This document shows positions 9,170 through 19,908 of a DNA stretch of 64,000 nt, in pieces. The translations under genes were made by a program, and so were the position numbers. The first letter of the stretch is position 1. Each line of letters opens with the position of its first letter. The DNA lies in NCBI GenBank assembly GCA_963772725.1, contig CAVYYI010000001.1, positions 512,001-576,000 on the forward strand, written 5' to 3'. Below the pieces are notes generated by a model. It was not told the origin of the DNA. It saw only the letters and a program-made list of their open reading frames with translations, and did not search any database. The stretch is from an uncultured Phycisphaerales bacterium (GTDB lineage Bacteria > Planctomycetota > Phycisphaerae > Sedimentisphaerales > Anaerobacaceae).

Positions 9170-11239
9170 ATGGCAGTATTATCCAAACGTGCGGAACATA
9201 CATCAGCAGCGTCCCTGGTTTTGAGCATTATATTTTTTGTAGCGGCGTTTCTTTTCGGCCGATGGAGCGGCTTTTTTGCAATCACTGCGTTAAGCTGGTT
9301 TGTTTTGTCATCTGTCCTGGTTTGGCTTGCGCTGTGGGCGCAGTTTCATCAGCGTGCGCTGGCGGAACAGGAAAAGCTCGATATGGGCCAGTTAGACAAG
9401 TCCCAAAAACTTTCCACAGTGTTTCAGGCTAAAACCGAGCAGGCAGCATTATTGGCGGTTGCGCAGAAGCGGCTTGTATTGCTGGAAAAATGGTTCCTGC
9501 CCATATTCTCCGCTTTAATAGCCGGCTACCAGATAGCCATCGGGCTTTACCTGCTTAACTTTCTTTCGGTGGAAACTTTGGCTTTCGAGGAGCAGAAACA
9601 GCCTTTTGTTTGCGCTATTTTTATGGCGGCGATAGCCTTTGTGAGTTTCCTGATGTCGCGATATGCAACGGGTATGTCCGCCAGCGAGGATGTTCCGGTG
9701 TGGAAACCGTTAAGGGCGGGGGGCAGTTTTCTTTTGGCGTCGGCGATTCTGTGTTTTATCCTGGCGATAGCGCTGACGGTTGCCGCCTACTTTAGAAACT
9801 TTATTTTAATAGATATAACCGGCTGGGTAATCGCGGGTTTACTTATTGTTATCGGCATTGAAATCGCGTTAAATGTGATTCTGGATATTTACAGGCCGAG
9901 AATAAAGGGCGTTTACAGCAGAAGCGCTTTTGACAGCCGGTTGCTGGGGATTATTAATGAACCGACCGCGATATTACGCACTGCCGCCGGAGCGATAGAT
10001 TATCAGTTCGGCTTCAAAGTCTCACAAACGTGGTTTTATAAACTTCTCGAAAAGGCGATTGTCCCGCTGCTTTTATTTGCGGCGGTTGTTTTGTACCTTG
10101 TAAGTACGGCTGTTGTAATCGCTCCCGATGAACAGGCTGTTATAGAACATTTTGGGAATCCCCTTGACAGTTCCGGCAAGCCGAGAGTCGCAGGGCCTGG
10201 ATTGATTTTTAAATGGCCATGGCCGATTGATATCGCCTATAAATATCCCACGAATAAAATTATGGAGCTTAGCATAGGCTTTGTCCCTAAAGCTTATAAG
10301 GAAAATGAAAGACGTGAACCGCTGTTGTGGGGAAAAAGCCATTACGCCAAAGAGGAGATGCTGCTGGTAGCCAGCGAATCACGGCAGACGGGCGGCGGCG
10401 CAGTTCCGGTAAGTCTTGTCATAGCCACTGTTCCGGTACAGTATAAAGTCAAAGATGTATATTCTTTCATTTACACGAATAATGAACCTAATAAGCTGCT
10501 TGAGGCGATATGCTATGAGGAGCTTACAAAGTTTGCCGCCAGCGCGACTATCGAGGTTGACAATCAGGTTGATATCGGCCGGAGTCTTCTCGGCGCCGGC
10601 AGGGGAGATGCTGAAAAAACTATCAGTGACAGAGTTCAAAAGGCCGCCGATAAGGCAGGACTTGGTATTGAAATAGTATTTCTCGGTTTACAGGGAATTC
10701 ACCCGCCTCCTGAGGTGGCAGCAGAGTATGAAAAGGTCATTGGCTCGGTGCAGACAAAACAGGCACTTGTGCTTAATGCCGATGCCGAGAGCAACATGAT
10801 TTTGTCAAATCTTGTTGGTTCTGTTGCCGATGCCAATACTCTATATAATCTTGCGGCTCGTTACCAGCAGGCAAGACGCGAGGGGAATGCTGAACAAACT
10901 GAAAAACTGGGCAAGGAACTCGATACTACTTTTGCCGCAGCGAAAGGCGACATCTTTAAGACGCTCAGGCAGGCCCAGAGTTATGCTTATGAAAAGGTTA
11001 CGCTTGCCGAGGCGACCGGTCAGCGATTTGCCGGCCAGATTATGGCATACAGGGCATCGCCTGAATTTTACAGGAGAGAGCAGCTGTTGAACGTTTATGA
11101 AAATTCAATGAGCAATATACGGAAATATGTAATAGTATCGGATAAAAATAATACAGAAATATTTGAAATTGACCTTAAGGAAAAGTTAACACCGAGTTTA
11201 TATGATGTAGGCGGTGTTGAGGAGACCAGCACAAAATGA
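9170..11239 (+). CDS. HflK-like SPFH protein with large multi-TM N-terminal domain
   Basis: About 7 hydrophobic segments, then SPFH domain (EQAVIEHFG, PGLIFKWPWPI, IHPPPEVAAEYEKV) and coiled coil. Confidence 0.85.
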   Translation: MAVLSKRAEHTSAASLVLSIIFFVAAFLFGRWSGFFAITALSWFVLSSVLVWLALWAQFHQRALAEQEKLDMGQLDKSQKLSTVFQAKTEQAALLAVAQKRLVLLEKWFLPIFSALIAGYQIAIGLYLLNFLSVETLAFEEQKQPFVCAIFMAAIAFVSFLMSRYATGMSASEDVPVWKPLRAGGSFLLASAILCFILAIALTVAAYFRNFILIDITGWVIAGLLIVIGIEIALNVILDIYRPRIKGVYSRSAFDSRLLGIINEPTAILRTAAGAIDYQFGFKVSQTWFYKLLEKAIVPLLLFAAVVLYLVSTAVVIAPDEQAVIEHFGNPLDSSGKPRVAGPGLIFKWPWPIDIAYKYPTNKIMELSIGFVPKAYKENERREPLLWGKSHYAKEEMLLVASESRQTGGGAVPVSLVIATVPVQYKVKDVYSFIYTNNEPNKLLEAICYEELTKFAASATIEVDNQVDIGRSLLGAGRGDAEKTISDRVQKAADKAGLGIEIVFLGLQGIHPPPEVAAEYEKVIGSVQTKQALVLNADAESNMILSNLVGSVADANTLYNLAARYQQARREGNAEQTEKLGKELDTTFAAAKGDIFKTLRQAQSYAYEKVTLAEATGQRFAGQIMAYRASPEFYRREQLLNVYENSMSNIRKYVIVSDKNNTEIFEIDLKEKLTPSLYDVGGVEETSTK

Positions 11240-12153
11240 AAAATATAACAATGGCAGTCTTTATAGTTTTAATTATCTTTGTTCTTGGCTTGTATTTTGT
11301 TTCGTTTCAGGTCAGAGAGACAGAAAATGCCCTGGTAACGACATTCGGCAAGCCTTCAAAGGAGATTACTACTCCGGGCTTTAAATTCAAATGGCCGTCA
11401 CCAATACAGCAGGTATATAAATTCGATTCGAGGCTTAACGTTCTGGAAGGCGACCAGACAGAAACGACCACCAAAGGCGCAGTTCCCATCATAGTAAATA
11501 CTTATGTGGTCTGGAGAATTGCCAGACCCCTGGAGTTTTTTACGGCTGTTGGAACAGTTAAGGAAGCTGAAAACAAATTACGCAGCCAGCTCAGCAATAC
11601 TCAGAATAAAATTATCGGCAAACATGAGTTTTCCGAGTTCGTCAACAATGACCCGTGTAAAATACAGTTTGAACAGATTCAGCGTGAAATGCTGGCCGAC
11701 CTGAGTCAGGCGGTCAGTAATAATTACGGGATTGAAATCAAGACACTGGGCCTAAAGCAGCTCAAGATTAGCGGAGAAGTAAGTAAAGATGTCTTTGAGC
11801 GAATGAAAGGTGAAAGAAATCGCAAAACCGCGGAAACAATCGCCCAGGGTAACGCGGAGGCGACGAAGATAAAAACCAATGCCGATGCGCAGAAAACTGA
11901 GCTGCTCGCCGCCGCGGAGGCAAGAGCAAAAGCGATACAGGGCCAGGGCGACGCCGAAGCGGCAAAGTATTATAAAATGCTGGATGAAGACCCGGGTGTA
12001 GCGATATTCCTGCGTAACGTGGAGGCTCTAAAGAAAACGCTCGAAAAACGCTCCACCATTGTTATTAGTGCCGAGACTGAACCCTTCAAACTGTTAAGGG
12101 AAATGCCGAATATCGAATCTAAAAAGGGATTAACTTCGGACAGGAGTCGCTGA
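11236..12153 (+). CDS. hflC: HflC-like SPFH protein
   Basis: Single N-terminal TM, PGFKFKWP, VFERMKGERNRK, IQGQGDAEAAK. Confidence 0.85.
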   Translation: MKNITMAVFIVLIIFVLGLYFVSFQVRETENALVTTFGKPSKEITTPGFKFKWPSPIQQVYKFDSRLNVLEGDQTETTTKGAVPIIVNTYVVWRIARPLEFFTAVGTVKEAENKLRSQLSNTQNKIIGKHEFSEFVNNDPCKIQFEQIQREMLADLSQAVSNNYGIEIKTLGLKQLKISGEVSKDVFERMKGERNRKTAETIAQGNAEATKIKTNADAQKTELLAAAEARAKAIQGQGDAEAAKYYKMLDEDPGVAIFLRNVEALKKTLEKRSTIVISAETEPFKLLREMPNIESKKGLTSDRSR

Positions 12154-12154
12154 T

Positions 12155-13440
12155 ATGGCAGAACACAATCATCATTCTCATCATCAACAAGAACCATCAG
12201 CCGAAAATACCGGCATCAAGCTCGATGCCGCAAGCAAGTCGCTGTATGAGGCATTTAGAATCAGTTTTGTTATTCTCAAGGTCATAATGATTGTGCTGGT
12301 GGTTCTGTTTATCGCCTCAGGATTTAGAACAGTGCTTCCGGACGAGCAGGCTCTGGTTCTTCAGTTCGGTAAAATCCGCGGAATGGGTGAAAACAGGATT
12401 CTAAAGGCAGGTCCGCACTGGGTATTTCCATATCCTGTGGAAGAAATGATAAGAATTCCGGTGGGTAAAAAGACCAGCATGGCGATTAACTCATTCTGGT
12501 TTTATAAGAATCCCAAGGACCTTTCCGCCGAGGGGCCCAGGGAAACAAAATACGCACCTCCGACACTCAACCCGACGATTGATGGTTATTGCATTACCCG
12601 CGGTGAAAAACAAAGTACCGTTATCGCAGGTGTAAGCAGCAGCGACTATGGCATTGTGCATTGTAAATGGCAGTTGATATATCAGATTGATGACCCTGAA
12701 CGATTTTTTAGAAATTTTTATGTAAGAGATGTAAAGCCTGGCGAGAATTACTTTGATGTTATAGTAGAAAACATTCAGCCTCTTTTGCAGAATCTTGTGG
12801 AAGACGCGGTTGTCTCTGCGATGGTTAATTATACTATTGATGAGGCAATCAGCAGCTATGAAAGAATACCGCTCACCGTTGATAAGCTGCTTCAGCAGAA
12901 ACTCGACGGAATAGAAAGCGGTATAAATGTTACGTCGCTGCAGCTTACCGAAGTTACATGGCCTCGACAGGTTGATGCCGCCTTTCAGGCCTCTATTGCT
13001 GCCAGCCAGCAAAGTCAGACCGCTATCAACGAAGCCAGAACTTACGCTGAAAATACGCTTAATCAGGCCGCCGGGCCGATTGCTCCTGTTCTTTTATCCG
13101 CCCTTGAGGATAAAACCGTCAGCGATGAAAAACTTGAGTCCCTGTGGAATCAGGCAGCGGCGCATCTCAGGAAAAAATTGCCCAGGCAAAGGCCTATCGC
13201 ACAACAATTGTCGAAAACGCCCAGGCCAACGCGGAATATCTGCAGAAGATACTGCCGGAATACCGCAACCGTCCTGAGCTTGTGATTAATAAAATCTATC
13301 AGGATGCCGTGCAGCAGGTGCTTGATAACGCTGATGAAAAAATACTTATTCAGCCTACACAGGGCAGCAAGGGTTCCGAACTGCGGATTTATCTGAACAG
13401 GGACCCCACGATAAAACCCAAGTCAGAAAAGGAAAAGTAA
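12155..13440 (+). CDS. HflK-like SPFH protein with His-rich N-terminus (apparent frameshift near 13160)
   Basis: GPHWVFPYP, PRQVDAAF, INEARTYAE; C-terminus continues in ORF 13144-13440 (IAQAKAYR...LPEYRNRPEL). Confidence 0.8.
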
Positions 13441-13511
13441 CAGCCAAATATAAAAGAAACCGAACATCATAACGGTTAATGGCATAGGATACAAAGAACG
13501 AGATATAGATT

Positions 13512-15444
13512 ATGGCTCATGAACATTTACATTTTAACGAAGATATTACCGTCGAACATGCTCACGGAAAGCAGCTTCGAATAAGTGTTGCTTTGCTGGG
13601 TACGCTGGCGGGCGGTATGCTGCTGTTAAGCAGCGGCATAGCTGTTTTTATTTATGGCAGGAAGAGTGACCATTCTGAATTTCTCGCGATGGTTGGTGCA
13701 ATATTGCTCGGTGCCCCAATTGTTTTACACGCCATTCAGAGCATTATCAGAAAAGAGATGCACATGGACGAACTGGTGGCGCTGGCGGTGATAGCCGCGT
13801 TTGCTACCGAAAATTACGTAACCGCCGGCATAGTCGCGTTTTTTATGCTCCTCAGTGAGCTGATGGAAAGCCGAACCGCTCTTGGCGCAAGAGCCTCTAT
13901 TGAATCACTTATAAAACTAACCCCCACAAGAGCGAATCTTGTTGAGAAGGACGGTTCCGAACGAGAAGTAAAAGTAAGCGCACTTAAAGTCGGCGACTGT
14001 ATTCGTGTTCGCCCCGGCGATAACATCCCCGCTGACGGCCAGGTGAGCAAAGGGTTAAGCAGTGTCAATGAGGCCACAATAACCGGCGAATCTCTGCCTG
14101 CGGACAAAGTTCCCGGTATGCAGGTTTTTGCCGGCACAACCAATCTGACAGGCGTTTTGGATATCATCGTAACAAAAGCCGGCAAGGACACGACGCTCGG
14201 CAAGGTGCAGTCGCTGATTATGCAGGCCGAGCAGACCAAGATACCGATAATGCGGATTATCGACCGCTATGTTAAATGGTACACACCGACAATTTTAATG
14301 ATTGCTTTTATCGTACTGTTTTTCACGAAGGATGCCAACACTTGCTATTACCATACTTGTAATTTCCTGTCCCTGTGCATTGATTCTGGCGACGCCAACG
14401 GCGATGGTGGCGGCGATATCCGCGTCCGCCCGGCTTGGCATTCTTGTCAAGAATGTCGCTGACCTCGAAGTCGCCGGCAGAATGACCGCGATGGTTTTTG
14501 ATAAGACAGGCACAGTTACAACAGGCCGGCTGTATGTAACAAAACTTACTCCCGCCGAAAACATTGAGCCCGCTGACTTGCTGGCATTAGCGGCTTCTGC
14601 TGAACAAATGAGCAAACACCCCGCGGCAAGGGCATTGCTGGAAGTTGCCAAAGAAGCGAATCTGTCTTTGCCGCCGATGGGCGATTTCAGGGAAATGCCG
14701 GGCAAGGGTGTTACCGCGACGGTTAATTCGGCCAGGGTGATGGTCGGCAGAGACACATTTCTCAAGGAAAATAATGTGAATATGAACAACATTTCCGGCC
14801 CGACTCTTCACGAGGAGCAGGGTTTCAGCACGTTGTATGTCGCAAAGGATTCCAGCTGCATCGGCTGGATAGGTCTGCAGGATAAAACCAGACCCGAGGC
14901 ACACCAGGCGGTTGCGGAGCTTTTCGATCTCGGTATAAAGAGAGTTACAATGCTCACCGGCGACAGGGGCGAAGTGGCAAATCGTGTTGCCGCAGAACTT
15001 GGCTGCACAGATTTCAAGGCGCATTGTCTGCCGCAGGACAAACTGGCAATCGTCGAACAGCTTAAAAAAGACGGTCATACCGTTGTCGTTGTCGGTGACG
15101 GTATAAATGATGCCCCGGCTCTGGCGGCAGGGGACCTCGGTATCGCGATGGGAGCCGCCGGCAGCGATGTGGCCATAAATTCCGCCTCGATTGCATTGAT
15201 GAGCGACGACCTCAAACGGCTGCCGTTCCTTGTGCGGCTGTCAAGAAAAACACGAAGAGTTATCGCACAAAACCTCGGTTTTGGCGTATTGTTTATAATA
15301 TTGGGCATATCTGTTATCAGGCTACATACCCCCGCGACTTGCGGCAGTTTTGCATTTTGCAGGCTCATTGATTGTTGTTTTCAACAGTGCACGACTTGTT
15401 CGTTATGGCGAAGAACTCGAGCATCAGCCCGGTTACACTTATAA
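13512..15444 (+). CDS. Heavy-metal P1B-type ATPase (apparent frameshifts near 14330 and 15320)
   Basis: TGES, SCPC, DKTGT, HP, TGD and GDGINDAP motifs split over ORFs 13512-14462 and 14302-15444. Confidence 0.9.
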
Positions 15445-15467
15445 TTCTTTGGGTCATGATTAATTTT

Positions 15468-16721
15468 ATGGAATATGCTATTGAAACATTTTCTCTGACA
15501 AAGATATTTTCTGACTGGTGGGGACGAAACAAGGTCTTTGCCGTTGATGACCTCAATCTCCGGATTCACTATAATGAGGTATTCGGTCTGCTTGGGCCCA
15601 ACGGCTCCGGCAAAGACAACGACCATGAAAATGCTGCTTGGGCTGCTTCATCCCACCAAAGGAAGAACTCTTGTTCTCGGCGGCGACAGCACCGACCCAA
15701 GGCAATCAATCGCAAGAATCGGTTTTATGCCCGAAGAGTCGTATCTTTACAAATATCTCAGCGCCCGTGAAACACTCGATTTTTACGGCAGGTTATTCGG
15801 CCTGCCGCCGAAGATTCGCAAGAATGCGGATCAGAAGCCCTGCTCGAAATGGTAGGCTTAAAGGCTGTGGCCAACAGGGCGGTCGGAACATTTTCAAAAG
15901 GTATGGCCCGCAGGATCGGTCTTGCGCAGGCACTGATAAATGACCCAGACCTGCTCATACTCGATGAGCCTACGACCGGTCTTGACCCTATCGGCACAAG
16001 GCAGATAAAAGACCTTATTATCGAATTGCCAAACGAGGCAAAACAATTCTGCTTTGCAGCCACCTTCTGGCCGATGTTGAGGATGTCTGCGACAGAATCG
16101 CGATTCTTTACGGCGGCAAAATTCAGTCGGAAGGGAAGGTCAGAGAACTTCTCCAGCAGACAGACAAAACACAGATTACCACCAGCGCTATCAGCGATGC
16201 CGCGGTTGAGAAAATAAAACAGATAGTTAAGAATGAGCATGCGGATTTCGCTGTCAGTTCGCCGATGGATAAGCTTGAAACATTTTTTATAAGGATTGTA
16301 AGTGAGGCTCAGCAGGCAGGCCCAGCCCACCAGCGGCGCGGTCAGCACAACACAAATAGGTGATTTTCTTACCGCCTCAGCGTCTGAGAAGTCAGGGCGG
16401 GAAATTCTCGAAAAACTTGTGGCTACGCCGCTTTCCACGCAGGCCCAACCACCTCAACAGGACATAACGCCAGTCCAAAAGGCGATAAACCAGCCCGCAG
16501 AGATTAAACCTGACGGTCAACTGCTTAGCGAGCTTACAAAGGTGCAGGAAAGTATTACTTCGATTGAAACTGAACCTGTCCGTCCTGCCGTGACCAAAGA
16601 AGACGAATCGCAGGTTAAAAAAAATATTTTAGAACAGCTTGCGGGCCGCTCGGGCACAAATAGCGACAACAATGCTAATCAGCAGGCCGAAAATCCCGAT
16701 GGAGACTCTACTAATGGGTAG
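15468..16721 (+). CDS. ABC transporter ATP-binding protein with low-complexity C-terminal extension (several apparent frameshifts)
   Basis: Walker A GPNGSGK, signature FSKGM and Walker [12 protein letters not shown] spread over consecutive ORF fragments. Confidence 0.85.
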
Positions 16722-18086
16722 TATTTATGCCGTAGCTGTGAATACTATAAAGCAGGCCCTGCGGATGAAAGTTGCTCTTGTTTTTATAATCCTGCTTCTT
16801 GTATTGCTGCCTGTTATGGGCATAGCGATGCCCGGCGACGGGACGCTGAAAGGCAGGCTCCAGACTTTTGTAAGTTACGGTCTTTCGCTTACAAGTTTAT
16901 TGCTGTGCCTGGTTACTATAATTGTCTCGGTGTATTCTCTCGCCAGCGACCTTAATCAGAAACAGATATATACAGTCCTTACAAAACCCATACGCCGTTA
17001 CGAACTTATCTTTGGCAAACTGCTTGGGGTACTGCTGCTTGATATTTTTTTATTGGTGGTATTTTCCGGCCTGATATATGGCATAACCTGTTATATACCG
17101 CAGTTTACCCAGGCCTCAGTTCCTGAACGTATCCAGGCTGAAAATGAGTTCTTTACCGCCAGGATGAGCCTTACTCCCGCGCCTATTGACGTAAATGAGG
17201 AGGTAACCAAGGCGTTCAAAAAGCTTGAAAAAGAGGGGCAGTTTCCGCCCGAAATTAAAAAAAACAAAACCGCTTACGGTAATTTTATCGCTGAACTTAC
17301 CCGTCAGAAAAAGCTTGCATCAAGGGCAGCGGCTCCCGGTTCTGAGATAATTTGGGATTTTCACAATGTTAAGCCTGCTGACCCGAATCAGACACTGTTT
17401 ATAAGGTTTAAATACGATGTCTCGGTAACTCCGCCCGATTCACAGATTTCTGGAAAATGGCTTGCCGCGGATATAAGACAGTTTGGTTCGAAAGTTGAAC
17501 CGCGGATATATAAATTTGACCGGAAAGACGGTATTGGCAGTTTTTACGAAATACAGGTGCCTGCCAATGCCGTAGCCGATGACGGTTATCTTGCCGTAGT
17601 TTTTTTTAATGACCCGCAATTTAATAATACAATTGTGATTTTTCCGCCAGAAGACGGCCTCGAACTGCTTTATAAGGCCGATACGTTTTATATGAACTTC
17701 ATCAAGTCCGTTATTATGATATTTTTCCGCCTGCTGTTCCTTGCGGTTCTTGGCGTTCTGGCTTCAACTTTTCTCTCTTTTCCTGTGGCTATCCTGCTTT
17801 GCCTGGTGATTTTTTTTACCGGTACAATCAGCGGCTTTATAATAGAGTCTATTGATTCTCTTGGTGAAACTATAAGCAGAATTTATTTTTATACTGTCAA
17901 ACCGATTGTGTGCTTTTGCCGCAGTTTGACCAGTCAAATCCCACAAAATTTTTGATATCTGCCAGATTAATAAGCTGGTTATGGCTGATTAAAATTGGGA
18001 TGATTATGACTCTTAAGGCTCTTTTGCTGCTGGGTCTGTCTTTGTTGATTTTTAGTCGCAAAGAAATAGCCAAAGTTACGGTTTAA
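16714..18086 (+). CDS. ABC-2-type permease with large extracytoplasmic domain (apparent frameshift near 17910-17945)
   Basis: DLNQKQIYTVLTKPIRR...GKLLG motif; C-terminal FSRKEIAKVTV* lies in another frame. Confidence 0.8.
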
Positions 18087-18123
18087 TCCGGACGGTGCTT
18101 CTGTTATATTTTTAAAATTTACT

Positions 18124-19893
18124 ATGCGGTTACGAGATAAAATAATTTGCTTGTTCTCTTTGGTGCTTTCGGCGGTTTTATTTGCCGCTGCCGGTATGCA
18201 GCTCGATTACATCAATTCTCAACGGCAGGAAATGAAGCTGATAGCCAATGAGCCGCTCAAAAATGCGCCGCCTTCATTGGCCTTTGCAACCGTGTCTATG
18301 GGGGCTTTTCGAGGCCTTGTTGTGGATATCCTGTGGATGCGGGCTGACAAATTGAAAAACGAAGGCCAGTTCTTCGATGCCAAACAGCTTGCTGAATGGA
18401 TAACCGTTCTTCAGCCTCGATTTCCATCGGTCTGGGAATTCCACGCGTGGAATATGGCCTACAATATTTCCGTTGCCATCCCAGCCTCACAGCCAGAAGA
18501 GCGATGGCGGTGGATAAAAAACGGTTACGAGCTTTTACGCGATAAAGGTATTCCGCTTAACCCACGGAGCATTCTTCTTTATCGCGAGCTTGGCAGAATA
18601 TTTCAGCACAAAATCGGCGGCGTTTCAGATGATGACAACAGGTATTATAAGTTGCAATTGGCTCTGGCGATGGAGCCTTTGCTTGGCCCTGCCGATAACG
18701 CGTATTTCAAATCTCTCGCTGAAGCTCCCTCTCAGTGGCAGGATATTACAAAAGATGCCAATGTCGCTCAACTGGTCGCGGCGCTTAAGTCTTCGGACAA
18801 GGTATTTACAGGCGATGACGGATTTGTCGAAAATTATCTGTCGCTGCGGCAAAATCCAGCGAGATTTGCCCCTGAGGCTTTCAGGGTGATAGATAATTTC
18901 AGGGGTTCGCCTGCCCTTGAAAAATTCGATATTTTTGCCAAAGCATGGGAATTGCGCAACGTCTGGAAACTCGACCCGGTTTTTATGCAGAAGTTGAATC
19001 AGGCTTATGGACCTATTGACTGGGCCGACCCCAATACACATTTGCCGCTGGACTGGCGACATCCTGACACGCACGCTATCTACTGGGCGTTAAAAGGCTT
19101 GTCAGTTGCCGGCCAAAAGGAATTCAGTGTTGAAGAAACAAATACCGATAGAGTCGTTAATCACAGCCTGCAGAGCCTTTTTAGGAGTGGTAAAATCTTT
19201 ATTTACACCGTTCAGACCCCGCCGCAGGCAAATTCTTCCCAGCAGCCGTCGGGCATGATTAAAGATATATATCTGCGCCCGGATTTGAGAATGTTTGAGC
19301 CGTATAACAAGTCAACGATGAAAGTTATTGAAAAATATAAGACTATTGAAAAGGCAGGTACTTACGAATCTATGCAAATAGGTCATAAGCACATGCTCTT
19401 AAACGCGGTTTTATCTTTTTATCAGGCAGGGCACATACCCCAGGCGCAAAAGATATACAAACAGCTTGGGCAGCTTTATCCTGACCAGGAATTCAAAACA
19501 ACTCTTGTGGATTTTGCGAAAAATCGTCTCCGTCAGGAACTGAAAGAACTCGATATTTATAATGCAGTTGAGGTTGTTCAGATGCTTTTACGCGAGAGTT
19601 ATTTCAGGTATGCGTTGCGTGACGATGATGAGGCCGCCAACCATGAAAAAATGGCGGAGGAGGCTTATAAAATCTATCAAACGGCTCATCCCGACGACCA
19701 GAGAATCGATATGCCGGACTTAAAGCTGATGAAATACGCGGCACTTATCGACTTTATTAATGACCAGCAGTATCCAGGAGAACTGAGACTTAGTCTTATT
19801 GAACGAATAAAACTTGAGAAGCCGAAACTTGCCGAGCAGTTTGAGCAGACGGAAAATGAACTGCGCAAACAGTCGGAAAAGCCGCAGAAGTAA
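18124..19893 (+). CDS. Membrane-anchored helical hypothetical protein, ABC-associated
   Basis: N-terminal TM; conserved-looking blocks FRGLVVDILWMRA, WNMAYNISV, LYRELGRIFQHKIG. Confidence 0.7.
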   Translation: MRLRDKIICLFSLVLSAVLFAAAGMQLDYINSQRQEMKLIANEPLKNAPPSLAFATVSMGAFRGLVVDILWMRADKLKNEGQFFDAKQLAEWITVLQPRFPSVWEFHAWNMAYNISVAIPASQPEERWRWIKNGYELLRDKGIPLNPRSILLYRELGRIFQHKIGGVSDDDNRYYKLQLALAMEPLLGPADNAYFKSLAEAPSQWQDITKDANVAQLVAALKSSDKVFTGDDGFVENYLSLRQNPARFAPEAFRVIDNFRGSPALEKFDIFAKAWELRNVWKLDPVFMQKLNQAYGPIDWADPNTHLPLDWRHPDTHAIYWALKGLSVAGQKEFSVEETNTDRVVNHSLQSLFRSGKIFIYTVQTPPQANSSQQPSGMIKDIYLRPDLRMFEPYNKSTMKVIEKYKTIEKAGTYESMQIGHKHMLLNAVLSFYQAGHIPQAQKIYKQLGQLYPDQEFKTTLVDFAKNRLRQELKELDIYNAVEVVQMLLRESYFRYALRDDDEAANHEKMAEEAYKIYQTAHPDDQRIDMPDLKLMKYAALIDFINDQQYPGELRLSLIERIKLEKPKLAEQFEQTENELRKQSEKPQK

Positions 19894-19908
19894 ATATAAT
19901 CTGTTTTT

